A stretch of 64,000 nt of DNA. It comes from Eledone cirrhosa. Its lineage: Eukaryota. How positions within the stretch are numbered: position 1 is the stretch's first letter; each line of letters opens with the position of its first letter. The stretch is taken from NCBI GenBank assembly GCA_964016885.1, contig OZ024759.1, positions 12,648,001 to 12,712,000 of the forward strand. The letters are read 5' to 3'. The notes under the pieces are model-generated. The model was given only the letters and a program-made list of their open reading frames with translations. It searched no databases and was not told where the DNA came from. The position numbers and the translations under genes are program-made. Below are positions 1-14,314 of this stretch, piece by piece.

Positions 1-99
1 AGTTTACAAAAGACCTACCATATATCGTCTTTCCAAAAATTCTTTTCATGTTATTATTATTGTTACTGTCATTACTATTTTACACATCTATCTACTCAC

Positions 100-902
100 C
101 ATTATGCTTTCCAGCATAGTTACGTCCCTTTAAGTTCAAATCCCGCCAAGGTTGACTTTGCCTTTCATCCTTACGGGGTCGATAAAATAAAGTACCAGTA
201 ATACACTGGGTGATTGCTGGCCTTGTGCCTAACGTAGAAACAATTATAACTCGAGGTCAACTTTGCCTTTCATCCTTACGGGGTCGATAAAATAAAGTAC
301 CAGTAATGTACTGGGTAATTGCTGGCCTTGTGCCAAAAGTAGAAACAATTATAACTACGACTAGTGCAGTGGATTGGCAGTATCGGTAGAGAGTCGGACG
401 CCATGCTTTCCAGCGTAGAGTTACGGCCCTTTGCGGTCTGAGTTCAAATCCCGCCGAGGTTGACTTTGCCTTTCATCCTTACGGGGTTGATAAAATAAAG
501 TACCAGTAATGTACTGGATAATTGCTGGCCTTGTGCCAAAAAAGTAGAAACAATTATAACTGCGACTACTACCACCACTACTATTATTATCAGTAACTGT
601 ATTTATTTATTTATTTATTATTATTATTATTATTTATTCTATCCGGGGTCGATAGAATAAAGTACCAGTAATGCACTGGGTAATTGCTGGCCTTGTGCCA
701 AAAGTAGAAACGATTATTATTATTATTATTATTGTTATTATTATTAAGACGCATAGTTACGTCCCTTTACGATCTGAGTTCAAATCCCGCCGAGGTTAAC
801 TTTGCCTTTCATCCTTACGGGGTCGATAAAATAAAGTACCAGTAATACACTGAGATAATTGCTGGCCTTGTGCCAAAAGTAGAAACAATTATTATTATTA
901 TT
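100..902 (+). mobile_element. Cluster of tandem full and partial copies of a tRNA-derived Meta-domain-like SINE
   Basis: repeated GAGTTCAAATCCCGCCGAGGTT(A/G)ACTTTGCCTTTCATCCTTACGGGGTCGATAAAATAAAGTACCAG, B box, (ATT)n tail; more copies at ~5580-6056, 6452-6570, 18895-19222, 24010-24195, 27494-27663(-), 32757-33000, 36130-36322, 39117-39258, 59149-59245(-), 59880-60056, 61580-61985. Confidence 0.85.
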
Positions 903-973
903 GGAGTCTCAGTCATTGATGTTATTTAACTGGAAAGTTTGTTGAAATGAATATCAAGCCACTACCTGCAGCC

Positions 974-1156
974 TCAGACATTCAGGACGTATCGGAGGGT
1001 TCTTGCTGTTCCCTGCAAGCATGTCTTTTGAAGTGTTCCAAAAAGCGGGGCTGGACTAATCTTCTTTAACCATCCCTGGAAACTCTTTGAGATAGTACCC
1101 AGTGCACCTATGACAATCAGGACGACCTTGATTTCATGGCATATTATTGTTTTCAT
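974..1156 (-). mobile_element. 3' fragment of an RLE-type (R4/Dong-like) non-LTR retrotransposon
   Basis: peptide VIGALGTI...LQK..L.GTAR.LR.VL is typical of the C-terminus of RLE retroelements. Confidence 0.65.
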
Positions 1157-1362
1157 TTATGTTATTCACCGATGTATCTATAAATACCAGTGCCCTGTTT
1201 TATATACACACCAATATTCTGATGATTTAATCAGGTAAACACTGTAATTAAGGTTGAGTGACGTAATTTCTAACGATCAACGGCTTTTAGACTCACCTAA
1301 TGAAACAATTGTTAATACTGTAAATAAACCCTTTTTGTACAGCTGACCATGTTATTCTTCAT

Positions 1363-1414
<52 letters not shown>

Positions 1415-1426
1415 ATATATATATAT

Positions 1427-1554
1427 ATAGGAACGAGTAGGACCCCGACAGCTGAGCTCAAGCCGTTTCGATGGCTAATTCTGGACTAAATTTAGTCCAG
1501 AATTAGCCGTCGAAACGGCTTGAGCTCAGCCGTCGGCGTTCTACTCGTTCCTAT
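1427..1554. repeat. Spacerless palindrome, ~128 bp
   Basis: arms read as reverse complements around GGACTAAA|TTTAGTCC (1490/1491), with few mismatches. Confidence 0.9.
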
Positions 1555-1654
1555 TATCCACTCTACTACTCTAAGTATTGAGTACTTTGGTGCGTTATGG
1601 TCTATCTGGTTCCTTACCACATTTCCTTCATTATATATATATATATACATACAT

Positions 1655-1771
<117 letters not shown>

Positions 1772-1896
1772 GTATAAAATAAAATATAGTGGATTGAGTT
1801 CATGAATTGGCGAAATAAAAAGTGATATAAAAAAAAAAAGAATAAGGAGTCGAAGACAAAAAACAAAAGATAATAAAAATACCTTTTACATACATA

Positions 1897-1988
<92 letters not shown>

Positions 1989-2256
1989 TATATATATATA
2001 TATAGTTATGTAATAAACAACATAAGACAATTATTCCATTTACCAAAGGTTTCACGAAGACAGACAAGCTTGACACAGACAAGCTTGACACAGACGTCTG
2101 AAATCGCTCATCAGTTTCTGATGAATAATTGTCTTATGTTATTTATTACATAACTAAATAGCTTTGTAGCTTACATAGGAGCACTCTCCTTTCCTTTACC
2201 CTCCCTACGGAAAATTTTTATATATATGTATATATATGTTGTTCTGTTTCTTTCAG

Positions 2257-2352
2257 ATTGAAATGATATGGCCTATAATTCCACTCAACAAATTCGAAAA
2301 TGTATTGTATCAAGACTTCTTAAACATCTTCAGTAATCCTATCAACAGACAG
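2257..2352 (+). CDS. EFCAB6: EFCAB6-like gene, first exon visible in window (internal, phase 0/0): IEMIWPIIPLNKFENVLYQDFLNIFSNPINRQ
   Basis: tttctttcag acceptor, CAG|gtcagt donor, 96 nt open; peptide is paralogous to the exon at 40512. Confidence 0.8.
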
Positions 2353-2750
2353 GTCAGTTAATTATTCTAGAAATAGATATATATCTTAACCTAACCAAAC
2401 ACTCACCTTCATCTTTTAATATAAGGAAGAGGCTATGTAGCCGGTAAGAGTGTCAGACACCATGAGTTGTGACTCGAGTTAAAACAACTAGCAGAAAACC
2501 ACCCGAAGGGTGGTTTTCTGCTAGTATGTGTAGTGTGTATATTGATATTATACGCAAGTATATATACATGTAGATATGATACATCAAATAACATTGTAAT
2601 TGACAATATACACAGAAATTGAACGAAGACTGTGTTACATTGTCTTATGTAATCAGTAACGTAATCCATGATACATTAAAAAAAGACGATATTATATATA
2701 AACTCCATTAGGAGAAAATTAGTGACGGAAATATATGAATGTTTATGTAA

Positions 2751-2971
2751 CCCTTTAGCATTCACATTATTCTATATATACTATTATATTTTCATGGTAA
2801 AGGCTTTTTCCTTGCATAATTATCTCACATAATATCGAATCTATGAGATTTTGAAAGTATTTATTTTGAGAACAATACCTTAACATCAGTATGAGTGGCC
2901 AGTTACAGCCAGTTTCAACAGAAAGAGGTAGAGAATTCTGGCCAGTTTTGACCAGTTTGAAAGGTAAAGGG
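2751..2971. mobile_element. piggyBac-like MITE (~220 bp)
   Basis: CCCTTTA...TAAAGGG termini flanked by (G/T)TAA; other copies at 29795-30014, 52797-53005, expanded copies at 28250-29790 and ~12030-13757, partial at ~44715-44810. Confidence 0.8.
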
Positions 2972-3639
2972 TTAAGCGATTGCTAACCGGAAGTGTTGAT
3001 GTTTGAAAGTGAATCTTAAAATAAGCAACAAAATTATTTATATTTAATCAAGAATAACGAAATTTAGTAGATAAATTATGTAATATTCATTCATTATTTA
3101 TTTAAAGTAATCCAACTTATTTTACAAATGGGATAAAAAAATATTTTCTGGCTGCAGTCCAGCACTCCTTACCTTATTATAGCTTAGATTGTTAAGACAA
3201 TTTGAAATCTTTTCCACCATCAATTGTTAAAAGACAAGTTAAGATCATTTAGTCGTCCATTTGTAACATATACACATTTACAGGTAAATACATAAACAGA
3301 TACAGACAACAGAAGGAAGGGGCTGGTGAAACGCTGTAGCAATGTCTGTTGTGTCCCTTTACCGGTTACGTAGCCTATTTGATGATATAAGCCTTTCTGT
3401 TTTCATGAAATCAAGCCGGAATCAGTTCCCATATGAGCAAGACAAGGTCAGCCGACCGGACACTGCCCACAACAGGACAACCCGTCTAACCCATGCTAGC
3501 GTGGGAGAACGGACGTAAAACGGTGATGATGATGATATATATTATATATATATTTATACACATGCAGATTTGAGATGCGTATATATAAACATGGATGTGA
3601 TATATATATTATATTATATGGAGATGTGCAGTGTGTGTA

Positions 3640-3989
3640 TCATCATCATCATCATTTCATTTTACGTCCGCTTTTCCCTGCTTGCAAGGGTGGGACGGGA
3701 ACTGATTCTGGCTTGATTTCTACAGCTGGATGCCCTTCCTAACACCAACCTCATTTACAGTGAGTGCTGGGTGCTTTTTTTTTTTTTGCCGTGGCACCTC
3801 CACGACCACTTTGCAGTGGAATGATATGGACCCCAGTCCCTATCATCTCATTTCTACAGCTGAGTAAACTGGAGCAATGTGAAATAAAGTGTCTTGCTCA
3901 AGGAAACAACACATCACCCGGTCTGAGAATTGAACTCACAACCTTTCGATTGCAAGGCCAATGCTCTAACCACTAAGCCATGTGCCTCC
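3640..3989 (-). mobile_element. tRNA-derived CORE-type SINE with RTE-derived 3' end
   Basis: A box TGGCTTAGTGG, B box GTTCAATTC, CORE-like CCTTGAGCAAGACACTT...CTCAGCTGTAGAAATG, (ATG)n tail; copies at ~38803-39118(-), 41954-42288(-), 42311-42680(-), 45467-45806(-), 55955-56298(+). Confidence 0.85.
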
Positions 3990-4006
3990 CTGTATATATA
4001 TATATA

Positions 4007-4556
4007 CAGGGTTTGGACAAAATAATGGAAACACCTAGCATCATAGCATCATATTTTTGAAATATCTATAAAACCGTCAAAAGCTTGTTTATTTTTATTT
4101 ATTATTAGTGTTGCTTAATATGTTTTGTTAAAATTGCTGTTTCTTTTCAGATATCATCAGAAAAAGGTAATTAAAAATCATTAAAATGACAGATCTATCG
4201 GACTTTCAAAGAGGTCAAATTGTTGGTGCTCGTATGGCAGGCCCTAGCATAACGAAAACAGCCGAAATGTTTGGTGTATCAAGAAGTAGTGTCTCGAAAG
4301 TAATGACAGCCTTTGAGAAAGAGGGAAAAAACCTCCTCGTCGAAACAAAACTCTGCAAGAAAAACAAAACTTTCAGATAGGGACCGTCGGCCTCTTACGC
4401 GAATTGTTAGAAAGGATCACAAAAGTACAGCTCCCAAAATTACTGCAGAGCTTAATGACCACCTCGAGAACAATAAAAATAAACAAGCTTTCGACGGTTT
4501 TATAGATATTTCAAAATTATGATGCTATGTGTTTCCATTATTTTGTCCAACCCCTG
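4007..4556 (+). mobile_element. Internally deleted Tc1-family DNA transposon
   Basis: TA flanks, ~90-bp TIRs beginning CAGGG(T/G)TTGGACAAAATAATGGAAACAC; frameshifted N-terminal HTH transposase remnant (MTDLSDFQRGQIVGAR...; KLSDRDRR.L.RIVRK...TA.KITAELN); no DDE domain. Confidence 0.9.
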
Positions 4557-4574
4557 TATATATATATATATACA

Positions 4575-4843
4575 ATCATCATCATCATCATCATCATCGT
4601 CGTTTAACGTCCATATTCCACGCTTGCATGGGTTTGGATGGGAGTTTTCCCACCTGAGGCAAGAGTGGTTGTCTTGCTCGCATAGGACTGTCTGGCAGGT
4701 TTTCTACAGCTGGATACCCTTCCTAACACCAACCACATTTACAGTGTGGGGCTGGGAGGTTTTTACTGTGTTACCTACACGGCCACATTACAGCGTGGAG
4801 TGTGTGTTTTTTTGTCGTGACACCTACACAACCTCATTTGTTT

Positions 4844-4881
<38 letters not shown>

Positions 4882-5336
4882 ACACACCCCTGTCCCACCA
4901 CCTCCACCCCATCCACACCGCCCCTTTCAATGTAAAGTTATGTTGGTCCCACAACATCCAGGCCGAAACAAATGAGATCGTGTAGGTGTCACGACAAAAA
5001 AACAGACAGTCCACGCTGTAAATGTGGCCGTGTAGGCAACACGGTAAAAACCTCCCAGCCCCGCACTGTAAATGTGGTTGGTGTTAGGAAGGGCATCCAG
5101 CTGTAGAAAACCCGCCAGACAGTCCACGCTGTAATGTGGCCGTGTAGGCAACATGGTAAAAACCTCCCAGCCCCACACTGTAAATGTGGTTGGTGTTAGG
5201 AAGGGCATCTAACTGTAGAAAACCCGCCAGACAGTCCTCTGCGAGCAAGACAACCACTCTTGCCTCAAGTGGGAAAAGCCCCGTCCAAACCCATGCAAGC
5301 GTGGAACATGGACGCTAAACTTGATGATGATGATGA
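4575..5336. mobile_element. Two oppositely oriented 3'-UTR fragments of the RTE family seen at 33421-35546
   Basis: 4575-4847 (-) and ~4880-5336 (+) both match 33421-33780 and end in (ATG)n. Confidence 0.8.
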
Positions 5337-5501
5337 CAGATAGAGAGAGAGGGGGGAGGTGTTAGATGTTTAAATAATAAGAAAGTGTAAAAGTGTAAAA
5401 ATGTTTATAAAAGTTATTTTTCTATTTATATATTTCTTATTATATACCATATTTGTTTGTTATTTCACACCTGTATATCTGTCTGTGTGTCATTCCAACA
5501 G

Positions 5502-5546
5502 GTGTTATCACCAAACACTGACAAACAAGACAATTTCACCATCAAG
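5502..5546 (+). CDS. EFCAB6: EFCAB6-like 45-nt exon (phase 0/0): VLSPNTDKQDNFTIK
   Basis: ttccaacag acceptor, AAG|gtaaaa donor, unique sequence among repeats; symmetric, so the frame check cannot validate it. Confidence 0.6.
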
Positions 5547-6148
5547 GTAAAAATAATCTCACTCTATTTGCTTTTCATGTGTTGTGCCTAAAGTAGAAAC
5601 AATTATTATTAGAGGTTAACTTTGCCTTTCATCCTTACGGGGTCGATAAAATAAAGTACCAGTAATACACTGGGTAATTGCTGGCCTTGTGCCAAAAGTA
5701 GAAACAATTATTATTACTATTGGTGGTGGATTGGCAGTATCGGTAGAGGGTCGGACGCCATGCTTTGACGCATAGAGTTATGGCCCTTGCCATGCCATTC
5801 TGAGTTCAAATCCCGCCGAGGTTAACTTTGCCTTTCATCCATACAGAGGTCGATAAAATAAAGTACCAGTAATGCACTGGGTAATTGCTGGCCTTATGCC
5901 AAAAGTAGAAACAATTATTTATTATATATAAATTAAGAGTTAAAATCCCGCCGAGGTTAACTTTGCCTTTCATCCTTATGGGGTCGATAAAATAAAGTAC
6001 CAGTAATACACTGGGAAAATTGCTGGTCTTGTGCCAAAAGTAGAAACAATTATTATGGATAAAATGTTACCAAGTTGTGTGTTAAGAATTGTTAGTAAAT
6101 TGACATGAGCTTTTATTGATATTTATCTTGAATTTTGTTGTTTTTAAG

Positions 6149-6306
6149 TCTGAGGAAGCCATAAAAAATCTTCTTACTGAGCAGCCAGTCAGGTTTCTAA
6201 CAGAAATAGATGCAGACTGTTCTAATCGCGCTGAAGTAAAACTGAAGATCTTGAAGAAAGTTCTGGATAAGCTGGTCTCTCCAGTGAAAGTCCAAGATTT
6301 GAAAAG
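6149..6306 (+). CDS. EFCAB6: EFCAB6-like exon (phase 0/2): SEEAIKNLL...SPVKVQDLK
   Basis: tttttaag acceptor, AG|gtcagt donor; within ORF 6116-6415; phase matches the next exon. Confidence 0.75.
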
Positions 6307-6754
6307 GTCAGTAAAAAACCCTTTGGTTCCCAACCCCCAACCCAAACTTAGCTCTGGTTCTATGAAACAAAACCAACCATTTGAAACGGTTCTTATTCAA
6401 AATCTTCCGAAATGATTTTATATAGGAACTGTTTAAGTTATTATATTAGAAATTCAAATCCCGCCGTGGTTAACTTTGCCTTTCTTCCCTAAGGGGTCGA
6501 TAAAATAAAGTACCAGTAATGTACTGGGTAATTGCTGGCCTTGTGCCAAAAGTATAAACAATTATTATTATTAGAAATTAAATAATTAAATAATTAATGA
6601 AGTAAGATCTGACTAAATTAATCGCTGCTAAATTTAATTGCTTGATTTTTCTGTAGCATGTAAAAAAATTAGCGAGAATTAGTTGATAAAAATAACGAAA
6701 CATGTAAATTTGACGTAGTTACCTCCCTTGCACCAAACAAATATACACACGACC

Positions 6755-7205
6755 AGTGTGGACTGGATGCTTTTGGTCGTGACACCTCCATGACCACTTT
6801 ACAGTGTGGACTGGATGCTTTTGGTCGTGACACCTCCATGACCACTTTACAGTGTGGACTGGGTGCTTTTTGTTGTGACACCTACATGACCACTTTACAT
6901 TGAGTACTGGGTGCTTTTTGTTGTGACACCTACATGACCACTTTACAGTGTGGACTGGGTGATTTTTGTTGTGACACATACATGACCACTGTACAGTGAG
7001 TACTGGGGGCTTTTTGTCGTGACATCTACATGACCACTTTACAGTGTGGACTGGGTGCTTTTTGTTGTGACACCTACATGACCACTTTACAGTATGGACT
7101 GGGTGCTTTTTGTCATGTCACCTACACGACCACTTTACAGTATGGACTGGGTGCTTTTTGTTGTGACACCTACACGACCACTCCACAGTGTGGGCTGGGT
7201 GTTTT
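6755..7205. repeat. 48-bp minisatellite, ~9 copies, from the RTE/SINE 3' module
   Basis: unit TTACAGTGTGGACTGGGTGCTTTTTGTTGTGACACCTACATGACCACT; period 48. Confidence 0.9.
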
Positions 7206-7487
7206 ACAGTTATATTTACTATAAATATTTGAATTAACAAACTCTGTTTTAAGATATTTTCTGCTAAATCATGACAGGATGTTTAGAGTTAATCTTGAAG
7301 CAAACAAGAGAATTCTTTATCCAAACAAGAGATTATTGCTAAGACTTATATTAAATACTGTCTGTTACACACTTATTTAGCTGATTATTAGTTGATCACT
7401 TCTTAACAGAACTCTATGATATTAGAATCTTACTTTGTCTGCGGCTAGTTTCACATTTACTACATACACTCCATCTAGAGTCTCTAT

Positions 7488-8920
<1,433 letters not shown>

Positions 8921-10109
8921 TTCAAGAGTAACTGATCTTAAAGAGAGAGATGGAGATAGGAGAGGAGAGATTGGTGAGTTAGTTAGAAGCCAAAGCGTAA
9001 AGGCATGTGCTCAATGTGCAATATGCAGTAGAAAGCAGCTAGGTGGCTGGGTTCATGCAGAAGTTAGGTGCGCAGAGCTGGAAATATTCATTAGTTAAGC
9101 AAAACAAACCCACAAAGTTCACAAGGAAGACATTATTAAAAGATTGTCAACATATTTTAGTTTGATGTAAGGAATGTATATAAACCGCGGAGTGGGGAGA
9201 CCCAAGATGACTTGGGATGAGGTGATAAAAGCCGACCTTACCCAACTACACCTCTCAAAGTCAATGACACACGACCGTGACTTCTGGCGTCACGCAGTAA
9301 TACAGGGTACCCGACCTCCCATGGGTACATGCTGAAGCATATAAACAATATGCCCCCCCCCCCCCCCCCCACCGCAAGGTGGCCGTGGAGGTGCCACGGC
9401 AAAAAAGCACCCAGCCCACACTGTAAAGTGGACGTGTAGGCGCCACGAAAAAGCACCCAGCACTCACTGTAAATGAGGTTGGTGTTAGGAAGGGCATCCA
9501 GCTGTAGAAATCAAGCCAGATCAGTTCCTGTATGAGCAAGGCATGGTCAGCCGACCAGACACTGCCCACAACAGGACAACCCGTCTAACCCATGCTAGCG
9601 TGGAAGAACGGACGTAAAACGGTGATGATGATGATGATGATGATGACACACTTCAACAGCATTCCAGTAAAAGTGTATATACATTTTTGGGGGACACCCT
9701 GTATGTATATATTTATAAAAGGGTCAGCTGAAAAAGTTCATAGGCTGACCAAGATACTCTCATGGAATGACCAAATGAGGTTTATTTTTCACTCCTTCAT
9801 AGTCAGCCTCTGAACCTTTCATCCCACCCTCGTATATACAGTGTACCCCACTGCGGTTTAGCATTCGTGGACCCGGTTATTCGTGGAATTTTCTTTAGAA
9901 CCTAATTAATAATTGTTTGTGGTAACCATCACATAGTCGTGGAATTGTAAATATCTTCTGCAATTTTTTAATGTTTTTTTTTGTAAAAATATATATTTTC
10001 TCATGTTTTTTAACGCTAAACTATTAATAACAATATACCGTATTTATCGGCCTATATTTTATGTTATATTTTGTATGTATGTGTATATATATATATATGC
10101 ATGTATAAG

Positions 10110-11253
10110 TCAGGGTAGGAATGGAGTTTAGTGAGGAATTCCGGATACAAGTAGGAGTACATCAAGGTTTGGTCCTCAGCCCGCTCTTGTTCATTATAGT
10201 CTTCCAAGCCATAACAGACGAGTTTAAGACTGGCTGTCCATGGGAACTTCTCTATGCTGACGATCTGGTTCTTATAGCAGAATCAGTAGAGGAGCTAGAG
10301 AATAAATTCTGGCTATGGAAACAGCAGTTGGAAGCAAGAGGACTGAGAGTGAATCTAGCTAAGACAAAAGTGTTGATGAGTAGAAAAGAGGACAAAACCC
10401 TGATTCCGTCAGGGAAATGGCCATGTTCGATATGCAGAAAAGGAACTGGCATAAATTCTATAAAATGCACAAAATGCAGATTCTGGGTACACAAGAGATG
10501 TAGCAGGATAGCAGGCAAACTAACAGGTAGGGAGAAATATGTATGCAGTAGATGTACAGGGAAATTAGACAGTAGAAGTCGCATTGATAGACACATTTTT
10601 CAAATGCAGGAGGGCGCTATAGAAGTGGTGGATAGCTTCCGGTACCTAGGAGATCAGATTAGCATGGGAGGAGGGTGTTCCGAGGCCATAGTATCTAGAA
10701 TAAGGACGGGTTGGAAGAAGTTTAGGGAGCTGCTTCCTCTGTTGACGAAGAAGGGTTTCTCCCTGCGTATGAAAGGCCGGTTGTATGATGCCTGTGTGAG
10801 GAACACGATGCTGCATGGTAGTGAGACATGGGCAACAACTGCAGAGGATATGCGACGGCTGGAGAGAAATGAGGCAAGCATGCTCCGTTGGATGTGCAGT
10901 GTAAATGTGCGTGAACGACCCAGCATAAATGTGTTGAGAGAGAAACTGTGTCTGAGAGGGATAGAATGTAGTGTACGGGAGAGGAGACTGCGGTGGTATG
11001 GACATGTGATGCGCATGGAGGATGACCGATGGGTGAAGAAGTGCCAGGAAATGCCAGTTGAAGGAAGACGTGGTAGAGGTAGACCACGAAAAACATGGGC
11101 GGAGGTGGTGAGAACAGACCTCAGATCATTGAAGCTCACGGTGGAGATGACGAGGGACCGTGACGAGTGGAGAGATGCTGTGCTGAATAAGACCCGTCCC
11201 ACCCTTGCAAGCAGGGAAAAGCGGACGTAAAATGATGATGATGATGATGATGA
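10110..11253 (+). mobile_element. 5'-truncated RTE-clade LINE: intact 369-aa 3' ORF, (ATG)n tail
   Basis: GVHQG..LSPLLF, YADD, Cys-rich insert, RLRWYGHVMR, GRGRPRKTW; decayed copies at ~22618-22992(-), 23466-24010(+), 61383-61581(-). Confidence 0.95.
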
Positions 11254-11810
11254 TATATATATATATGTATGTAGGCACCTCTTAACCAAATATACACCCC
11301 AATCCACTACCCCTACCCTATCCTCCCACTCCCACCAACACCACCCTCTCTCTGTAAAGTTGCTACCACAACATCCAGTCCAATGAGATGGAGATCGAGA
11401 TCGTGTAGGTGTCACAACAAAAAAACCCACAGTCCACGCTGTAATGTGGCCGTGTAGGTAACACGGTAAAATGCTTCCCAGTTCCACACTGTAAATGTGG
11501 TTGGTGTTAGGAAGGGCATCCAGCCGTAGAAAACCTGCCAGATAGTCCTATATGAGGGAGACACGGTCACCCGACCAATCTTACCTCAAGTGGGACAACT
11601 CCCGTCTAACCCATGCTAGCGTGGAAGATGGACGTTAAACGAAGATCATGATTTTGACGTTTATAAGCATTTTTACGGACCACGTCCTATATTCCCGGTA
11701 CCCCAGGGACGTAAACCCCACAACTACCGGGGGACAACTGTATTCACATTTTCACAGTAATTTTGTTACTTTCTAACATATTTCGTCATTTTGTTGAATA
11801 TATTTTCCAG

Positions 11811-12015
11811 TTTGCTCCATAAATACGATGTTTCCCAAGATAATGGAATTGTTGATGCTATAGAGTTCCAGGAGAAACTCTCCCAACCTAATCTAGCATT
11901 ATCTCGCTACAAACCGACCGTCGACGTCGCTGATACTGTCATAAGTGTCACTGCTAAGGAGCTGCCATTTCTTCTTGTTATGAAGTCGCAGCAAACATCA
12001 CTGAAGATTGTCAAG
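11811..12015 (+). CDS. EFCAB6: EFCAB6-like exon (phase 2/0): LLHKYDVSQDNGIVDAIEFQEKL...LKIVK
   Basis: ttttccag acceptor, AAG|gtaaat donor; EF-hand-like YD..DNGIVD..EF. Confidence 0.8.
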
Positions 12016-12035
12016 GTAAATAACTTTAACACTGT

Positions 12036-13692
12036 AGCGTTTACATTACTCTATATTTATTATTGGATTTTCATGGAAAAAGCTTTGTCTCACATAATTA
12101 TCTCACATATCTCACATAACATTTACATTACTCTATATATACTATTGTATTTTCAGTGTAAAGGCTTTACCTCACATAATATCTCACATAACATTTACAT
12201 TACTCTATATATACTATTGTATTTTCACAGTAAAGGCTTTACCTCACATAATATCTCACATAACATTTACATTACTCTATATATACTATTGTATTTTCAC
12301 AGTAAAGGCTTTACCTCACAAAATATCTCACATAACATTTACATTACTCTATATATACTATTGTATTGTCACAGTAAAGGCTTTACCTCACATAATATCT
12401 CACATAACATTTACATTACTCTATATATACTATTGTATTGTCACAGTAAAGGCTTTACTTCACATAATATCTCACATAACATTTACATTACTCTATATAT
12501 ACTATTGTATTGTCACAGTAAAGGCTTTACCTCACATAATATCTCACATAACATTTACATTACTCTATATATACTATTGTATTTTCACAGTAAAGGCTTT
12601 ACCTCACATAATATCTCACATAACATTTACATTACTCTATATATACTATTGTATTGTCACAGTAAAGGCTTTACCTCACATAATATCTCACATAACATTT
12701 ACATTACTCTATATATACTATTGTATTGTCACAGTAAAGGCTTTACCTCACATAATATCTCACATAACATTTACATTACTCTATATATAATATTGTATTG
12801 TCACAGTAAAGGCTTTACCTCACATAATATCTCACATAACATTTACATTACTCTATATATACTATTGTATTGTCACAGTAAAGGCTTTACCTCACATAAT
12901 ATCTCACATAACATTTACATTACTCTATATATACTATTGTATTGTCACAGTAAAGGCTTTACCTCACATAATATCTCACATAACATTTACATTACCCTAT
13001 ATATATACTATTGTATTGTCACAGTAAAGGCTTTACTTCACATAATATCTCACATAACATTTACATTACTCTATATATACTATTGTATTGTCACAGTAAA
13101 GGCTTTACCTCACATAATATCTCACATAACATTTACATTACTCTATATATACTATTGTATTGTCACAGTAAAGGCTTTACTTCACATAATATCTCACATA
13201 ACATTTACATTACTCTATATATACTATTGTATTGTCACAGTAAAGGCTTTACTTCACATAATATCTCACATAACATTTACATTACTCTATATATACTATT
13301 GTATTGTCACAGTAAAGGCTTTACCTCACATAATATCTCACATAACATTTACATTACTCTATATATACTATTGTATTGTCACAGTAAAGGCTTTACCTCA
13401 CATAATATCTCACATAACATTTACATTACTCTATATATACTATTGTATTGTCACAGTAAAGGCTTTACCTCACATAATATCTCACATAACATTTACATTA
13501 CTCTATATATACTATTGTATTGTCACAGTAAAGGCTTTACCTCACATAATATCTCACATAACATTTACATTACTCTATATATACTATTGTATTGTCACAG
13601 TAAAGGCTTTACTTCACATAATATCTCACATAACATTTACATTACTCTATATATACTATTGTATTGTCACAGTAAAGGCTTTACCTCACATA
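12036..13692. repeat. 72-bp minisatellite, ~23 copies, expanded inside a piggyBac-like MITE
   Basis: period 72; unit matches the left part of the MITE at 2751/52797, and MITE sequence resumes at ~13700. Confidence 0.95.
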
Positions 13693-14314
13693 GTTATCGC
13701 ACATAATATCAAATCTACGAGATTTTGATATTATATATTTTGAAAACAATACCTTAACCTCTTCAGTGCTGTAGACACTTTATTTCACATTGCTCCAGTT
13801 TACTTAGCTGTAGAGATAAATTGCGACGTCACTGTTGTTGAACTATATCAGCCTTTCCCTTGGACAACATCGGCGGCATGGAGAGGAGAGACTGGTATAC
13901 ATGGGCTCCTGCTGGTCTTCCACAAACACCCCTTGCCCAGGCTTGTGCCTCGAAGGGGAACTTTCTAGGGGCAAAACCATGGTCATTCGTGACTGAGTGG
14001 GGCCGTAAAAAAGATAAGCTTCCATAATTTTTACATTGTTATTTTCCATAAAATACTATATACTTAAAATTAAAATTGATTGTAACTTGAGGGAATAGAT
14101 CAGTTCCAGCCAGTTGGTGAGAGAGGCAAGAATGGCCTGTGTGAATGGGCCTGCCCTGAGCATGTGCCTGTAGTATCGAGGAAGGACAACTGGGAGAGGG
14201 TACTTGCCCTGGTGGTCAGGGTGACCATGACTCTTGTGAGCTTTCTCCACGAGTGACCCTTGGAGTCTCACCACCTTTGGGGAATTTGTTGTTTGTTTTT
14301 TTAAATGTTTATTT

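Noticed and set aside
9838-11742. Possible Tigger/pogo-like MITE split by the RTE insertion (TA-CAGT...ACTG-TA ends)
   Set aside because: The terminal match is short and degenerate; it cannot be supported without a consensus.
11791-13728. 645-aa ORF
   Set aside because: Only 11811-12015 is exon; the rest is read-through into a stop-free 72-bp (24-codon) minisatellite past a good GT donor.
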